From: a virus
Reading direction: 5' to 3' (one strand)
Length of the DNA: 64,000 nt
IMG/VR virus record: IMGVR_UViG_3300042691_047443
Span: 12,490-76,489 of that record
Shown in pieces: positions 38,507 through 48,461 of the stretch. Within the stretch, counting starts at the first letter, position 1. Each line of letters opens with the position of its first letter. Under the pieces are notes generated by a model, which was given only the letters and a program-made list of their open reading frames with translations, did not search any database and was not told the origin of the DNA. The position numbers were made by a program, and so were the translations under genes.

Positions 38507-38797
38507 TTAATACCACTTCTTTTTAGGACCGCGTTTTGATTTTACGCCCATGTCTGAGGCGCCGAGTCCTAAGGGTGCCGTGAAACCCGCTATTGCACCG
38601 ACACCGGAAAATTCAGCAAGCTCTGACTCATCTTGGTGATCAGAGTCATTCTGATTCTTTCGATCTCGTTTATCACCCTTTTTTTCGCCTTGAGGAACCT
38701 TAGGCGCGCTCGGCGGCAGCAATTGATCTGCCGCGGCCGGATTAACGTCTGTCTCAATGATCATCTTAATGAATTGTTCAAGCAAGGCATAGTTCAT
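38507..38797 (-). CDS. Small leader-bearing low-complexity protein
   Basis: MNYALLEQFIKMIIE...LAE|FSGVGAIAG; ATATTTA 4 nt upstream. Confidence 0.6.
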   Translation of the reverse strand: MNYALLEQFIKMIIETDVNPAAADQLLPPSAPKVPQGEKKGDKRDRKNQNDSDHQDESELAEFSGVGAIAGFTAPLGLGASDMGVKSKRGPKKKWY

Positions 38798-38813
38798 GTG
38801 ATAAATATAACAA

Positions 38814-39071
38814 TCACGCCAAAACGACCTTAGAACGTACAAGGTTTAAGGTCTCTGTGATCTTTCTATTTAACTCTTTCTTGAGGGCTTCAGAGTGTGC
38901 CTCAACTTCGGAGGCCTTCAATTCCTCAAGCAATACCCAGGCTGACTCTGCTTCATCCTTTAAAGCCTTGATTAACTCGATGGCTGCCTGCAAAGCGAAA
39001 AACATTTCAGCAGGTTCTGTCCAAGAACTTACACTTTCAAGCTCTTTAATCTCATTTTCAATGTCTCTCAT
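38814..39071 (-). CDS. Hypothetical coiled-coil protein
   Basis: 85-aa ORF coupled to the HD gene. Confidence 0.6.
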   Translation of the reverse strand: MRDIENEIKELESVSSWTEPAEMFFALQAAIELIKALKDEAESAWVLLEELKASEVEAHSEALKKELNRKITETLNLVRSKVVLA

Positions 39072-39676
39072 GTGAATTCACCTTTTTCTTGGCGAGTCGA
39101 TACGTAGTCAGCCGTCATCACGACGTGAGACAACAAGGGCTCCTTTAGACAATACTGTTTGTTGTCATCCACAACAAATCCATCATTTAACAATATCGCA
39201 AGGTACTCATCTGTCTTTAGGTGAAGACCGTAGTGCTGGCACATGAAGACGCTGCGTTGAGGAGTCTTCATGTGAATGATACCCTTGTTGTGCTTGTACA
39301 TCTCGCCCAATTTTTCCCGGTGCCAATCGGAATCTTGAGGTACGTAATATTCATTAAACGTACCGTCTGGGCGGTGTAGTCCCACCTTGCCAATGTCATG
39401 AAACAGACAACCTATGATGAGAGAGTCTTTCGGAAGAGACCACCCGAAACACCTTGTGTAGGCAATTGCGTTTTGCAACACACGCAAGGAATGATCAACG
39501 AGGCCACCCGGTTCAGCGAGGTGATAGTCTTTGCGGGCGGATGCCGGGCACAGTGCGAGCTTCTCCCCCAGGTCGTCGACCATGGACAAGGCCGCTGAAG
39601 ACCTATCGCCCAATTTTTCGCACAAGGATCGAAACTTCAAGAAATTTTGCTCAATATGTTCTGCTGAAAGTGTCAT
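39068..39676 (-). CDS. HD-domain phosphohydrolase
   Basis: PAS...HLAEPGGLVDHSLRV, FHDIGK, TAD. Confidence 0.88.
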   Translation of the reverse strand: MTLSAEHIEQNFLKFRSLCEKLGDRSSAALSMVDDLGEKLALCPASARKDYHLAEPGGLVDHSLRVLQNAIAYTRCFGWSLPKDSLIIGCLFHDIGKVGLHRPDGTFNEYYVPQDSDWHREKLGEMYKHNKGIIHMKTPQRSVFMCQHYGLHLKTDEYLAILLNDGFVVDDNKQYCLKEPLLSHVVMTADYVSTRQEKGEFT

Positions 39677-39756
39677 AAAAAAAATATATCACACTGAAGA
39701 CCGAGTGTATATTTACATGGTCGTTTAGACGTAAATTCAAACAGTGGGGGTAAGTT

Positions 39757-40092
39757 ATGAGATTGACGATTGGACAGCTGAGAAGAATCATCAGGGAAAC
39801 AGTGGAAGAGGTGGTCGAAGAGCAGGAGACGGCCGAGCTCGAAGAGCTCGAAGAGGGTGAGCCTAAGTCGTGGTTAGACTTTGCGGGCGGAGGTGGGTTC
39901 CTCGGCGGCGGTGGTGGTAAGTCCTCTAGAGACTCTGATGAAGACTCATATTCTTCAAGAAAAGAGCCTGAAGGCAACCCCTACGGGTACGGCGACTCTC
40001 GCGGGGGTGGCAGCTACTCGACCGACAGCGAAGGAAACTACCACGGTCGCTCAAGCGGCGGCGGCAATCAGCGCGGCGCAGCCTGGGACTGA
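39757..40092 (+). CDS. Leader-bearing Gly/Ser-rich protein
   Basis: MRLTIGQLRRIIRETVEE followed by a disordered Gly-rich tail. Confidence 0.75.
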   Translation: MRLTIGQLRRIIRETVEEVVEEQETAELEELEEGEPKSWLDFAGGGGFLGGGGGKSSRDSDEDSYSSRKEPEGNPYGYGDSRGGGSYSTDSEGNYHGRSSGGGNQRGAAWD

Positions 40093-40095
40093 TCC

Positions 40096-41304
40096 CTAGA
40101 TTCTCTCCACTTTCACTGGGAACCTGTTCGCATAACCTGCGACGTTCACGCTGGAGAGTGAGTGCACTCTATCCAAAGACGAACTTGAAACGTCCAAGAT
40201 GAGTGCATCGTGCAAGATGAAAAGGGGCCTGATGCCCGGGTCGCTCGCGAGCAAGTCCACGATGGTGGAAAAACCTAGCAGCGACACGTCGACCCCTGTC
40301 GATTGAGCGTATGAATTGACGAAGATGTGGTCCAGGGGCTCATCGATCGCGATGCGTCGTCCGTGACGGTTGCGAATGAATCCCGACCTGATGAATTCCT
40401 CCTTCACGCGTTTCTTGAGCTCCGGAGTCTTGAACAGCGACCTGACACCCCTCACGACGGTGTCTAGTTCGACGCCAGATATGCCTAAAGCGATGCCCAG
40501 TTTTTCCTTAGAGGAGCCATACAACTCCGAGATCACCGCTCCCTTTGCGACCTTGCGACTCACCTTTCCACCGAACACATGTGATGATATGTGCTCGTAT
40601 AGGTCGGCGTCGGGACAGTCACCACCGGCCTCGTACAACATGATGCGAGCCTCAAGGGCGGAAAAGTCTATCGACACGATGGCACCTCCTGGGTCCGAAG
40701 GCACGATCACGTTCCTGTATTCCTTTTTTAGGGTCAGGATGTCAGGACCTGACTTCACTGTCAGCCTGCCTGTCCGCGTTCCGAACCTATTGTAGGTCAC
40801 CGGAGGTGCGTGACCGTCGGGACCCGGTCTAAAGCTGTCAACCACACGGTGGTTGATGCCGCTCTCCTCTCGGATCTGCGAGAAACGAACAGGATCAATC
40901 TTGGCGGGTAACAGTGACCGCAGCAACCGCGTCTGAGGCGCCCACGTCTCCTCGAAGTAAGACCTATTTATTCGACCGAATGTTTCAACCACGTCATTTG
41001 TGAGCCTCTTCACGAAGTCACGGTGTGCACACATGGGCATAACGTACTCCCAAGGCACTTGTCCCAGGGATCCCGTGACAAGAGACGACATCGACGTGAC
41101 GAATCTCTCGGGAGGGTTTACGTCGATCGAGATACCTTCGGACGCAAAAAGGGAATCTAGGCAACGTTCCCTACGTGAATCAGGTCGACCCGAAAGACAC
41201 CACGAATCTTCGGGAATTTCACCGAGCCACAAATACCCAGAATCAATCACCAAATGCCGTCTTGTGCCAAGAACATTTTTATCTATGCAGACCTTGTATG
41301 TCAC
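40096..41304 (-). CDS. Family A DNA polymerase, polymerase domain only
   Basis: TRTGRL, motif A DFSALEAR, motif B RKVAKGAVISELYG, NSYAQS, motif C LHDAL. Confidence 0.85.
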   Translation of the reverse strand: MTYKVCIDKNVLGTRRHLVIDSGYLWLGEIPEDSWCLSGRPDSRRERCLDSLFASEGISIDVNPPERFVTSMSSLVTGSLGQVPWEYVMPMCAHRDFVKRLTNDVVETFGRINRSYFEETWAPQTRLLRSLLPAKIDPVRFSQIREESGINHRVVDSFRPGPDGHAPPVTYNRFGTRTGRLTVKSGPDILTLKKEYRNVIVPSDPGGAIVSIDFSALEARIMLYEAGGDCPDADLYEHISSHVFGGKVSRKVAKGAVISELYGSSKEKLGIALGISGVELDTVVRGVRSLFKTPELKKRVKEEFIRSGFIRNRHGRRIAIDEPLDHIFVNSYAQSTGVDVSLLGFSTIVDLLASDPGIRPLFILHDALILDVSSSSLDRVHSLSSVNVAGYANRFPVKVERI

Positions 41305-41341
41305 GATACCAAGGTAAACAATTGCTTCGTGATTTACACAA

Positions 41342-44300
41342 TCAACTTTGTACTCCGTTGAGTTCTTTCACACGAGACGCAAGATCCTCTATCTCGCCTT
41401 CAAGGGTAGCTGCCGATTCATACTTGCCATACGAATCATACGAAGCAAATGTCAGGTTAGTGTCGAACTTTCCTTGTCCAAAGGTATGAGTAATTCCAGA
41501 TACACCATATACGTTGTCCACGCTTGTTCCTGTGTTCATATCAACAAAAAACATCTGCGTAAAGCCAATTATAGGGATTCCTACTGTCCTCATTGACAAC
41601 TGGGCAGGTATGATTCGAAGAGGAAGGTTACCCACCCCTGAGCCTCGAGGAGTGGCTTGTGTCATATTACCTTTGCCCATCGATATCATTTGTGCAGCGG
41701 CAAGCATGGCATTTCCCTGAGATCCCAGAGTGACCTCAAGAATACCGCTGCCATTTACACCAGGTATTAAGGTAGGAATCATTCGAGAAACATATGCCTT
41801 CGTCGAGTTCCAATCCGCAGCAGTACCGTTCACAATCAACTGCCTTCTCAGGACCTGACCTCCGTCAATCATTTTCGTGACATTGTCGGCCACTTCTATC
41901 GACTTTTTTAGTCTTCTTTGCGGATTTTTTTGCGATTCAGTCGCGTCTCTCACGTCCTCAGGTTTCAATTTTATCACTCTGTCTCTTGCGTATGGATTGT
42001 TAATCTCGTACAGAGCGAGAAACGTATTTGTTTCACTGTTCCTGAATCTGAGAAAATTTGTCGCTTCCTTGTATGGATTCAAGGTACGATCATATATGTG
42101 AACCTTCAAAATCCTGCTATAATCTTTGCCATATGGAGATGTGATTGGATTTGAATTTTGGTAAGCACGAAGCAAATCACCTGTTCCTTCTTCATACTTT
42201 ACGCCATTAGGCGTACTCAATCGTCTTTTCTTATAAGTTACTTCAAGCAATATCTCTATTTCTGGTTGTTTAAACGGTCCTCTTCCTCTGTTAAATGACA
42301 GTGCAAGAGAGTTAAATAACGTATCCATATTTTCAGAAATTTGCGTAGGCTTGCCTTTTTCCCATGGGGTTAACAACGGATCTTTCATTCCCGTCTTTGC
42401 CCTGAACCCATAAGGAACTGCAGCAAGATCTCTCACTTGAGATGTGATCACGAGTTGCAAAAATTGTTCTACAGTCATCGTAGTGCTGCCGTTATTTGCG
42501 ATTGTTTCCCTGTAGGTGTATAAAAATGCAGGTAAATCTATCGCAAACTCGGCAATGTTTGTACTTGCCGCAAGACCGCAATATTCGTTCAGATTGTAAA
42601 AAATGATTTGTGATTCGTCTATTCCTTCCAATCCCAACAAGACGGGACCCATAAATACGCTAAATAGTTTACCAAAAGAAACTATCCTGCTGTTTATGAT
42701 TTTTGTCAACTGATCGTTTGGTAATACAGTTTTAAAGTCTTTAACAAGATAAAGATATGGATATCCGTAGTCTGGGCCGTAACCCATGTCGTCTTGTAAA
42801 AGAAGTTTTTCCTTCTCGCTTGATGCAATGATGAACGGATCCGGAGTTGTCGCAAGTACGTCAAATTTCTTCTTTACTATTGCGTCTGCAACCTGTCTAA
42901 ATGCCTGTCTTATGGCTAATTTTTCACCGGAATCATTGTCCTGCGTGACCTCTTCAGTCTTCGATTCGGTCTCCGGTTCGTCTTCTGAATTTGTATCTTT
43001 ATCTCCGACAGCGCTCGACTCTTCTTCCTCCTCCTCGGAAACTTTTGAGCGTGGCCTCTTTTTCCCGCCGTGATAATAATCGTCAAGTGCACTTCCAAGT
43101 GCACTAATCTTTTCCTGTGGAATCTGTTGATCTCCCCTCTTTTTCGCGAGCTGATTTGCCTTCTCGAGAGAATTAAGTAGTTCTGTGATGGCATCACCAA
43201 CCTTGTTAGTGTCCATCTGAGGAATGGTCATGGTGGCAGCAGCGTTCAGGACCACCTGCGACCTAACTTCTGCAGCATCTGACGCTGATCCATTTCGAAG
43301 GTTGAGGTCATTGGCAAGGTTGTTGATAAGTTGTGACAGACGACGCTGTCTTTCTTTCAGTTTTTTAAACTCAAGATCCTCATCAATTGTCGCCTTTTTG
43401 ACATCTGAAACGTGCTTTGTGAACAACTCGAGACTGATACCCACTCCACCACTCTGATTAAAAGAGTATGTAGAGCCCACGATACCGTAGGCTTCTCTGA
43501 GAAGCATGTTGTTGTTTATGAATTCTGCATATGTCCCGTTCGCATCATCACCAAGATTATCTGGATATCTCCAACCGTAGGTAAGCCACACGGTTGATCT
43601 ACCGTAGGACGCCGGTTGCAACACATCGGCAAACTCTGATAATCTCGACTTGTCAAATAATGTCATGCTCAAGGCGGCTGTCTTGTGACTCATGACCCCC
43701 GTGGTTCCCTTGATGTTAATTGTGACGCTTTCAAGCGAAGCAAGAGGACGCATGGGGTCCAAGACGGGAACGTATCTATTGTTGGGATCCGTCGGATCCA
43801 GATTTATTAGCGTCTGTGGCGATGTAAAGAGCTCCATTCCTGCGGTTGTGCGTTGTCTGATGAGCTCGTCGCCGTAATAATTTGTTTCCTTGTATGAGCC
43901 ACCATATTGTGACTTATACATGATTGTGTTTGGATCACTTTCATTTTCACTTATTGAAGTTCCACCCATCAAAAACTTTAAAAGGCTTGGAGTGCTGAGC
44001 TTGTTTTCTGTCCCGTCAGGACGATCAAAGACAAATTCAAGTTCGACGTATGGGATACATTGCGATAAAATCACAGGAGGCAAGAAATTGAGGAATGTCT
44101 CAACTTTGCTTGCATCCCTTGTTGCCGGCGAGATGAAAGCATTTCTCGACAGACAGATGCTCATATTTTTTTCTTTAAGGCTCGGAGAGTTATCCGGAAT
44201 GCCCAGTATGTTAGCGAAAGTCAGGCCGTCTTTGACCAATTTCCCAGTCTTTGGATCCTGATATGCGCGTGCAGACTTCTGGTACGATAATGTCGTATCA

Positions 44301-44566
44301 CCTGATGATGAAAAGAACGAAAACCAACGATTCAACTGATTTCGTTGTTCAACATCTGTCTTTGCAGTCCCCAGTTCGTCTAATTTTTCTCGAAGAGCAT
44401 CAACACCAAATGATCCATTGTTGTTGCTCACAAGCAGTTCTGTGAGCCTCCTCACCATGGACAAAGGATCGTTTGCGTTACCATTGGAGTTCAGGAGCTC
44501 CGCCGCAATCTCTTGCGTAGGAGAGAAAATCCTGTATATGTTTTCAAGTTTTGTGAAGTCAGACAT
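41342..44566 (-). CDS. Putative baseplate hub / tail-associated protein
   Basis: Position in tail module; LTYGW and C-terminal G.P...YGVSGITHTF...FDT hub-like pattern. Confidence 0.6.
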   Translation of the reverse strand: MSDFTKLENIYRIFSPTQEIAAELLNSNGNANDPLSMVRRLTELLVSNNNGSFGVDALREKLDELGTAKTDVEQRNQLNRWFSFFSSSGDTTLSYQKSARAYQDPKTGKLVKDGLTFANILGIPDNSPSLKEKNMSICLSRNAFISPATRDASKVETFLNFLPPVILSQCIPYVELEFVFDRPDGTENKLSTPSLLKFLMGGTSISENESDPNTIMYKSQYGGSYKETNYYGDELIRQRTTAGMELFTSPQTLINLDPTDPNNRYVPVLDPMRPLASLESVTINIKGTTGVMSHKTAALSMTLFDKSRLSEFADVLQPASYGRSTVWLTYGWRYPDNLGDDANGTYAEFINNNMLLREAYGIVGSTYSFNQSGGVGISLELFTKHVSDVKKATIDEDLEFKKLKERQRRLSQLINNLANDLNLRNGSASDAAEVRSQVVLNAAATMTIPQMDTNKVGDAITELLNSLEKANQLAKKRGDQQIPQEKISALGSALDDYYHGGKKRPRSKVSEEEEEESSAVGDKDTNSEDEPETESKTEEVTQDNDSGEKLAIRQAFRQVADAIVKKKFDVLATTPDPFIIASSEKEKLLLQDDMGYGPDYGYPYLYLVKDFKTVLPNDQLTKIINSRIVSFGKLFSVFMGPVLLGLEGIDESQIIFYNLNEYCGLAASTNIAEFAIDLPAFLYTYRETIANNGSTTMTVEQFLQLVITSQVRDLAAVPYGFRAKTGMKDPLLTPWEKGKPTQISENMDTLFNSLALSFNRGRGPFKQPEIEILLEVTYKKRRLSTPNGVKYEEGTGDLLRAYQNSNPITSPYGKDYSRILKVHIYDRTLNPYKEATNFLRFRNSETNTFLALYEINNPYARDRVIKLKPEDVRDATESQKNPQRRLKKSIEVADNVTKMIDGGQVLRRQLIVNGTAADWNSTKAYVSRMIPTLIPGVNGSGILEVTLGSQGNAMLAAAQMISMGKGNMTQATPRGSGVGNLPLRIIPAQLSMRTVGIPIIGFTQMFFVDMNTGTSVDNVYGVSGITHTFGQGKFDTNLTFASYDSYGKYESAATLEGEIEDLASRVKELNGVQS

Positions 44567-44569
44567 TGA

Positions 44570-44863
44570 TCATCCAATCAGGTTTATGACGCTTGCGAGA
44601 TCCGGTATTTTTATTTCGGTGTTGGGAGGAACCTGAAGTCCCCATCCGATATCGGAGGCGGCTGCTAACACCCACCAATAACGAGCATCACCATATATCT
44701 GTCCCGCTAGTACGTCTAGACGTTCACGTTCCCTGAGAAACATTGCGTCGGTGTAAAGGCTTCCATTTTTAACCGCGGAACGTATCACGGCAATCGCAAC
44801 AGAGGTTCCATATTGAGTCCCAAAAGATAAAATTGGTGTCCTATTATATCTGCTGTGTGGCAT
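44570..44863 (-). CDS. LysM-like baseplate wedge (gp53/tail X-like) protein
   Basis: ERLDVLAGQIYGDARYWWVLAAAS...IKIP. Confidence 0.8.
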   Translation of the reverse strand: MPHSRYNRTPILSFGTQYGTSVAIAVIRSAVKNGSLYTDAMFLRERERLDVLAGQIYGDARYWWVLAAASDIGWGLQVPPNTEIKIPDLASVINLIG

Positions 44864-44887
44864 TGTCTACCTTTTTACAAGACATTC

Positions 44888-47800
44888 TTAATCTTCTTGC
44901 TTGGAATCTGAAATTTCCACCTGTTTGTTCATTGGCACTACTGAGTATATAGGCGCCCTATTGTAACCTTGCGAATCAAGACCCGGGCTGATGTCATGTA
45001 TTGGCGAGAATGAAATGGTGATCTTACAGGCCTTTGGCGCGACGCTGCCGTTTGTTTCCCAAGTGTACGTGAGCCAGTCAAAATTCATGCTCTCTATGAC
45101 ACCTGCAAGGCCCTTACCTGATGCAGATTTGAACGATTTTACGATTGCATTATTTTTTTCATCCAAAAATGACCCAAGGCCTTCAATCCTTGCTTTGTTA
45201 CGTGCTTCCGGAGTCATCAGTTTTTGTGCGCGAGGAGTTAATCCAGAGATCCAGAGATCTCGTTCAAATAATATGTACACAGGTGGATTGGGAAAGGACT
45301 TTTCAAGGTCTTCATTCTTTTTACGAATTGCCTCCTGCTCCGAGGTCAGGACGTAGCCCTCTTTTTTCCAAAGTGCTTTATTTGCCCACGGAATCGTAAA
45401 TGCCCACAACCATTCCCCTTGCTGGATTACACCTTTCTTGGCGCTTGTTGGTACACCTTGCTGAGAAGCATCAAATTGAAATCTCTTTACTCTTTCAATT
45501 GGAACATTAAACGATGGACGTTCCTTGAAAAAGTTAAGATCACCAGAAGAACGAAGGATTGAAGGCGAATATACGTCGCTTGTCAGTCCCGGTGCCAACC
45601 ACTCTCCTTCAAGACGACGGCTGCGGACTACGATTTGACCTGTAGATAGGTTAAAAATTTTCTCTCCCGTATCTTCATACTTCTTTTTTGCTTCGGCCAA
45701 CAAGGTGTTAGGGTTCGAAGTGGTTTGTTTTGGAGGTTCGTTTGTCGTTTCCTGACTTGTTTCAGTTACTTCAGCCTCTTTGTCAAATCTTGATTCAGGC
45801 AAATTTGCGCCGAACAAACGAGCAAGCGCAAATTTTGAGTAGTTGCTCTTAATGAGATCACCCAACCGAAGTCTGATGAGAGGCGTTGCGCCGACAAGTT
45901 GAGAAAAGGGTTGTATGAAACTGTAATTTGTTCCCACGTTGTGTCGACGGCCTTGCGTATACTGTGGATACATCAAAGTCGTCATTTTATTTATCTTTTC
46001 CCACATAAACTGGTAGTCTGATTCATTCGTGGAAACCACCACAAACGAGATGCCGATCTTTCTTTGGGTTCCTTTGTATATCCTCACTGGTTCGATTCTG
46101 CCTATTCCCTCTATCGATTCGTACGCCGTGGAAAAATCATCAGACAACGATTCAAGAAATGCGTGGAACGACACGATTTCATTTGTTCTCAGGTCGTGAA
46201 AATAAAATGGAACGTATTCTGCGTCTAATCGTCTTTCCACGAAAGACACAGTCACATCGTCAAGAGATTTTGGTGGCACATCGTCGCCGTTCGGTATCCT
46301 CCCACTGATGGGACGAATGTATTTAACCCTGGAGAGGTCGTCCAACAGTTTGACCTGTGGGGTGTCCATTTGTGTTGCAACGTTACCAACAAACTCCTCA
46401 ATATTTCTAGGAAGCAGTAAGGTGGCTATTGCCCTACTTGTTCCCATTGACAATCTGTTGGTTACGTTGCCGAACTTGTCGATCACACGTGGGAGATGTA
46501 TTCTCGGAATTCCTGCCGATGCCTGTTCTGCTGCACTTTGCTCTTGAAAATAATATCGAGTAGCCAGGTCGTAATCGCCCTTGATGGCAGCAATCCTTAT
46601 TGCTGCCATCAACTTAGAGTTAGAGAGCTCCTCAATCAAATTTTTCATCTTATACAAAGATTCTGAAGGAGAACCTATCAGGTTTAAGCTAAAAAGACCT
46701 ATCACCTGTTTTATCAATTTTATTCCCGACACGATTATCATCTTTATGTAAAAGACGACCTGGGCGACCCCAGAAATTCCGTTTATCGCAATTTCGCTCA
46801 AAGAATCAACTGAATCAGTCAGTCCACCGAGGCCCAAGGCGCTTTCAAAAATAAGCGAAGTGCCACGAACCACTGCCTCAGCCAGTGAAAATTGGGTGGG
46901 AGGTATTCCCAACAGGTTCATCACCGGATTGATTTCTTGTGAACTTCCAAACTTCTTCCTGCTCGTTGTTGGCAAAAGACTCTCTTTCCCAAAGATGAGC
47001 AATAGGATCTGATAGACCTCCTGAATGATTTCCACAACGACGTTGGACATGACGCTTGCCAACGCCAACATTGAGGTCGATGTAAATGTATTGATCACGT
47101 TGTTTACGTTTCCCCATGAAGCGTCATTGGTGACGTTCAGGTAGAACTCGTCTTTTAGGTCTAACTCAGATATCTCCTTGATGATCTCTTCGAGCTCTAA
47201 ATCGACAAGATCTACTGTTTGGCCTCGGGCTTGCTTTGCAAGCCACGACTTTTGCACCACGGCAGGATCATTTGCGGCCTGACTTGACACCACTGATTCA
47301 CCGGTTGCTCGCAGTGAAAGCGCAGTTCCAATCTGGGCAAGACGACCCGCGGTAATGGCTCCATATCTTGGATGGTGAAACGTTGGATTGAACCGAACAT
47401 CATCTTCAGTTTCAACGTTCACAACAGAGACTCCGTCCTGCTCAACCTTTGTTTTCTTCTTCTTCTTACCTTCGCCGCTGAAGGTCTGTGACCTGTCCGA
47501 AATTGACGCAAACCGGTTATTTGCAAGGATCGCGTTTTGGTAACGAGTCATTGCTTGTTTCGGTTCATCCTTGAGAAGAGAATCTCCTGTCTGGGCATCG
47601 CGGCTTTCAACCTGACTTTTGCCTTTTTTTACAACGTCCTTCAAGAGCGCCTCGGGAGTGTCTGAGGTCGCCGCAGTGGTGACCCATCCCCTGAGTGGAC
47701 TGTCCGGAGATTGCAGGTTTACGCCTGATAGATTACCTGCATCACGAGTGTGATAATTAGAATTTGTTGCACCCGGAGGTTGTATCTGCGGGGTTGTATT

Positions 47801-48199
47801 GTTTTCTCCGGTTATGCGAGTTTCTACGATCGAAGACACACCATCCACCGGGTATCGATTTACCTCTGTCTTTTTTCCAAGGTAATCAGCCAACGTTCTT
47901 TTTGTGTCCTTGCTCAGGTCTTTTGGCGTGTGATCAACGTTTACATTTCCTCCGCGAAGCGACAGGTCAAACGGCAGATCTGGGTCCTGTTGCCTCGCTG
48001 GATCACCCACGATGTACGAATAAATCCCGGGTTTGGAGTTGTTTACATCCCCTGGACCGATGACCACACCACCCAACCCGGTGTCTATGCCAACGTAATC
48101 AGCGTCCACCCCGGGAGCCGGAAGAGGTGAAGCCTGAATTCCTGGTCTTGCTTGTCCCGGTGGTTGTGGCGTAAATGGTGGGGTCGGAGGTTGTGCCAT
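44888..48199 (-). CDS. Large tail/baseplate protein (tube-initiator-like C-terminal domain)
   Basis: PFYF...FHAFLESLSDDFS...GRIEPVRIY...RKIGISF, PLIRLRLGD; follows the tape measure gene. Confidence 0.6.
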   Translation of the reverse strand: MAQPPTPPFTPQPPGQARPGIQASPLPAPGVDADYVGIDTGLGGVVIGPGDVNNSKPGIYSYIVGDPARQQDPDLPFDLSLRGGNVNVDHTPKDLSKDTKRTLADYLGKKTEVNRYPVDGVSSIVETRITGENNTTPQIQPPGATNSNYHTRDAGNLSGVNLQSPDSPLRGWVTTAATSDTPEALLKDVVKKGKSQVESRDAQTGDSLLKDEPKQAMTRYQNAILANNRFASISDRSQTFSGEGKKKKKTKVEQDGVSVVNVETEDDVRFNPTFHHPRYGAITAGRLAQIGTALSLRATGESVVSSQAANDPAVVQKSWLAKQARGQTVDLVDLELEEIIKEISELDLKDEFYLNVTNDASWGNVNNVINTFTSTSMLALASVMSNVVVEIIQEVYQILLLIFGKESLLPTTSRKKFGSSQEINPVMNLLGIPPTQFSLAEAVVRGTSLIFESALGLGGLTDSVDSLSEIAINGISGVAQVVFYIKMIIVSGIKLIKQVIGLFSLNLIGSPSESLYKMKNLIEELSNSKLMAAIRIAAIKGDYDLATRYYFQEQSAAEQASAGIPRIHLPRVIDKFGNVTNRLSMGTSRAIATLLLPRNIEEFVGNVATQMDTPQVKLLDDLSRVKYIRPISGRIPNGDDVPPKSLDDVTVSFVERRLDAEYVPFYFHDLRTNEIVSFHAFLESLSDDFSTAYESIEGIGRIEPVRIYKGTQRKIGISFVVVSTNESDYQFMWEKINKMTTLMYPQYTQGRRHNVGTNYSFIQPFSQLVGATPLIRLRLGDLIKSNYSKFALARLFGANLPESRFDKEAEVTETSQETTNEPPKQTTSNPNTLLAEAKKKYEDTGEKIFNLSTGQIVVRSRRLEGEWLAPGLTSDVYSPSILRSSGDLNFFKERPSFNVPIERVKRFQFDASQQGVPTSAKKGVIQQGEWLWAFTIPWANKALWKKEGYVLTSEQEAIRKKNEDLEKSFPNPPVYILFERDLWISGLTPRAQKLMTPEARNKARIEGLGSFLDEKNNAIVKSFKSASGKGLAGVIESMNFDWLTYTWETNGSVAPKACKITISFSPIHDISPGLDSQGYNRAPIYSVVPMNKQVEISDSKQED

Positions 48200-48220
48200 C
48201 TGTCATAATCCTATCTGAAG

Positions 48221-48460
48221 TCATGCGTTATTCTTAAGTATCGGCCATACATCCTTTGCGACTCTTGACAATTCATTGCGGACACCGACATCGGTCTTGA
48301 TCTTGTCTAAGAACGTCTCGAGGCTCACAATAACGTCCAAAAATTCACCTTGGATCATACCTTCGATATTTTTTCTTTCGCCTTCTGGCGCTTTTTCTAT
48401 GGCCTTTAGATAAGTCTCGCCTTTGAGCATACTGGCGATTATTTCTTCCCTGGATCTCAT
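48221..48460 (-). CDS. Hypothetical protein
   Basis: Start MRSREEII at 48460 after GGAGG. Confidence 0.6.
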   Translation of the reverse strand: MRSREEIIASMLKGETYLKAIEKAPEGERKNIEGMIQGEFLDVIVSLETFLDKIKTDVGVRNELSRVAKDVWPILKNNA

Positions 48461-48461
48461 C

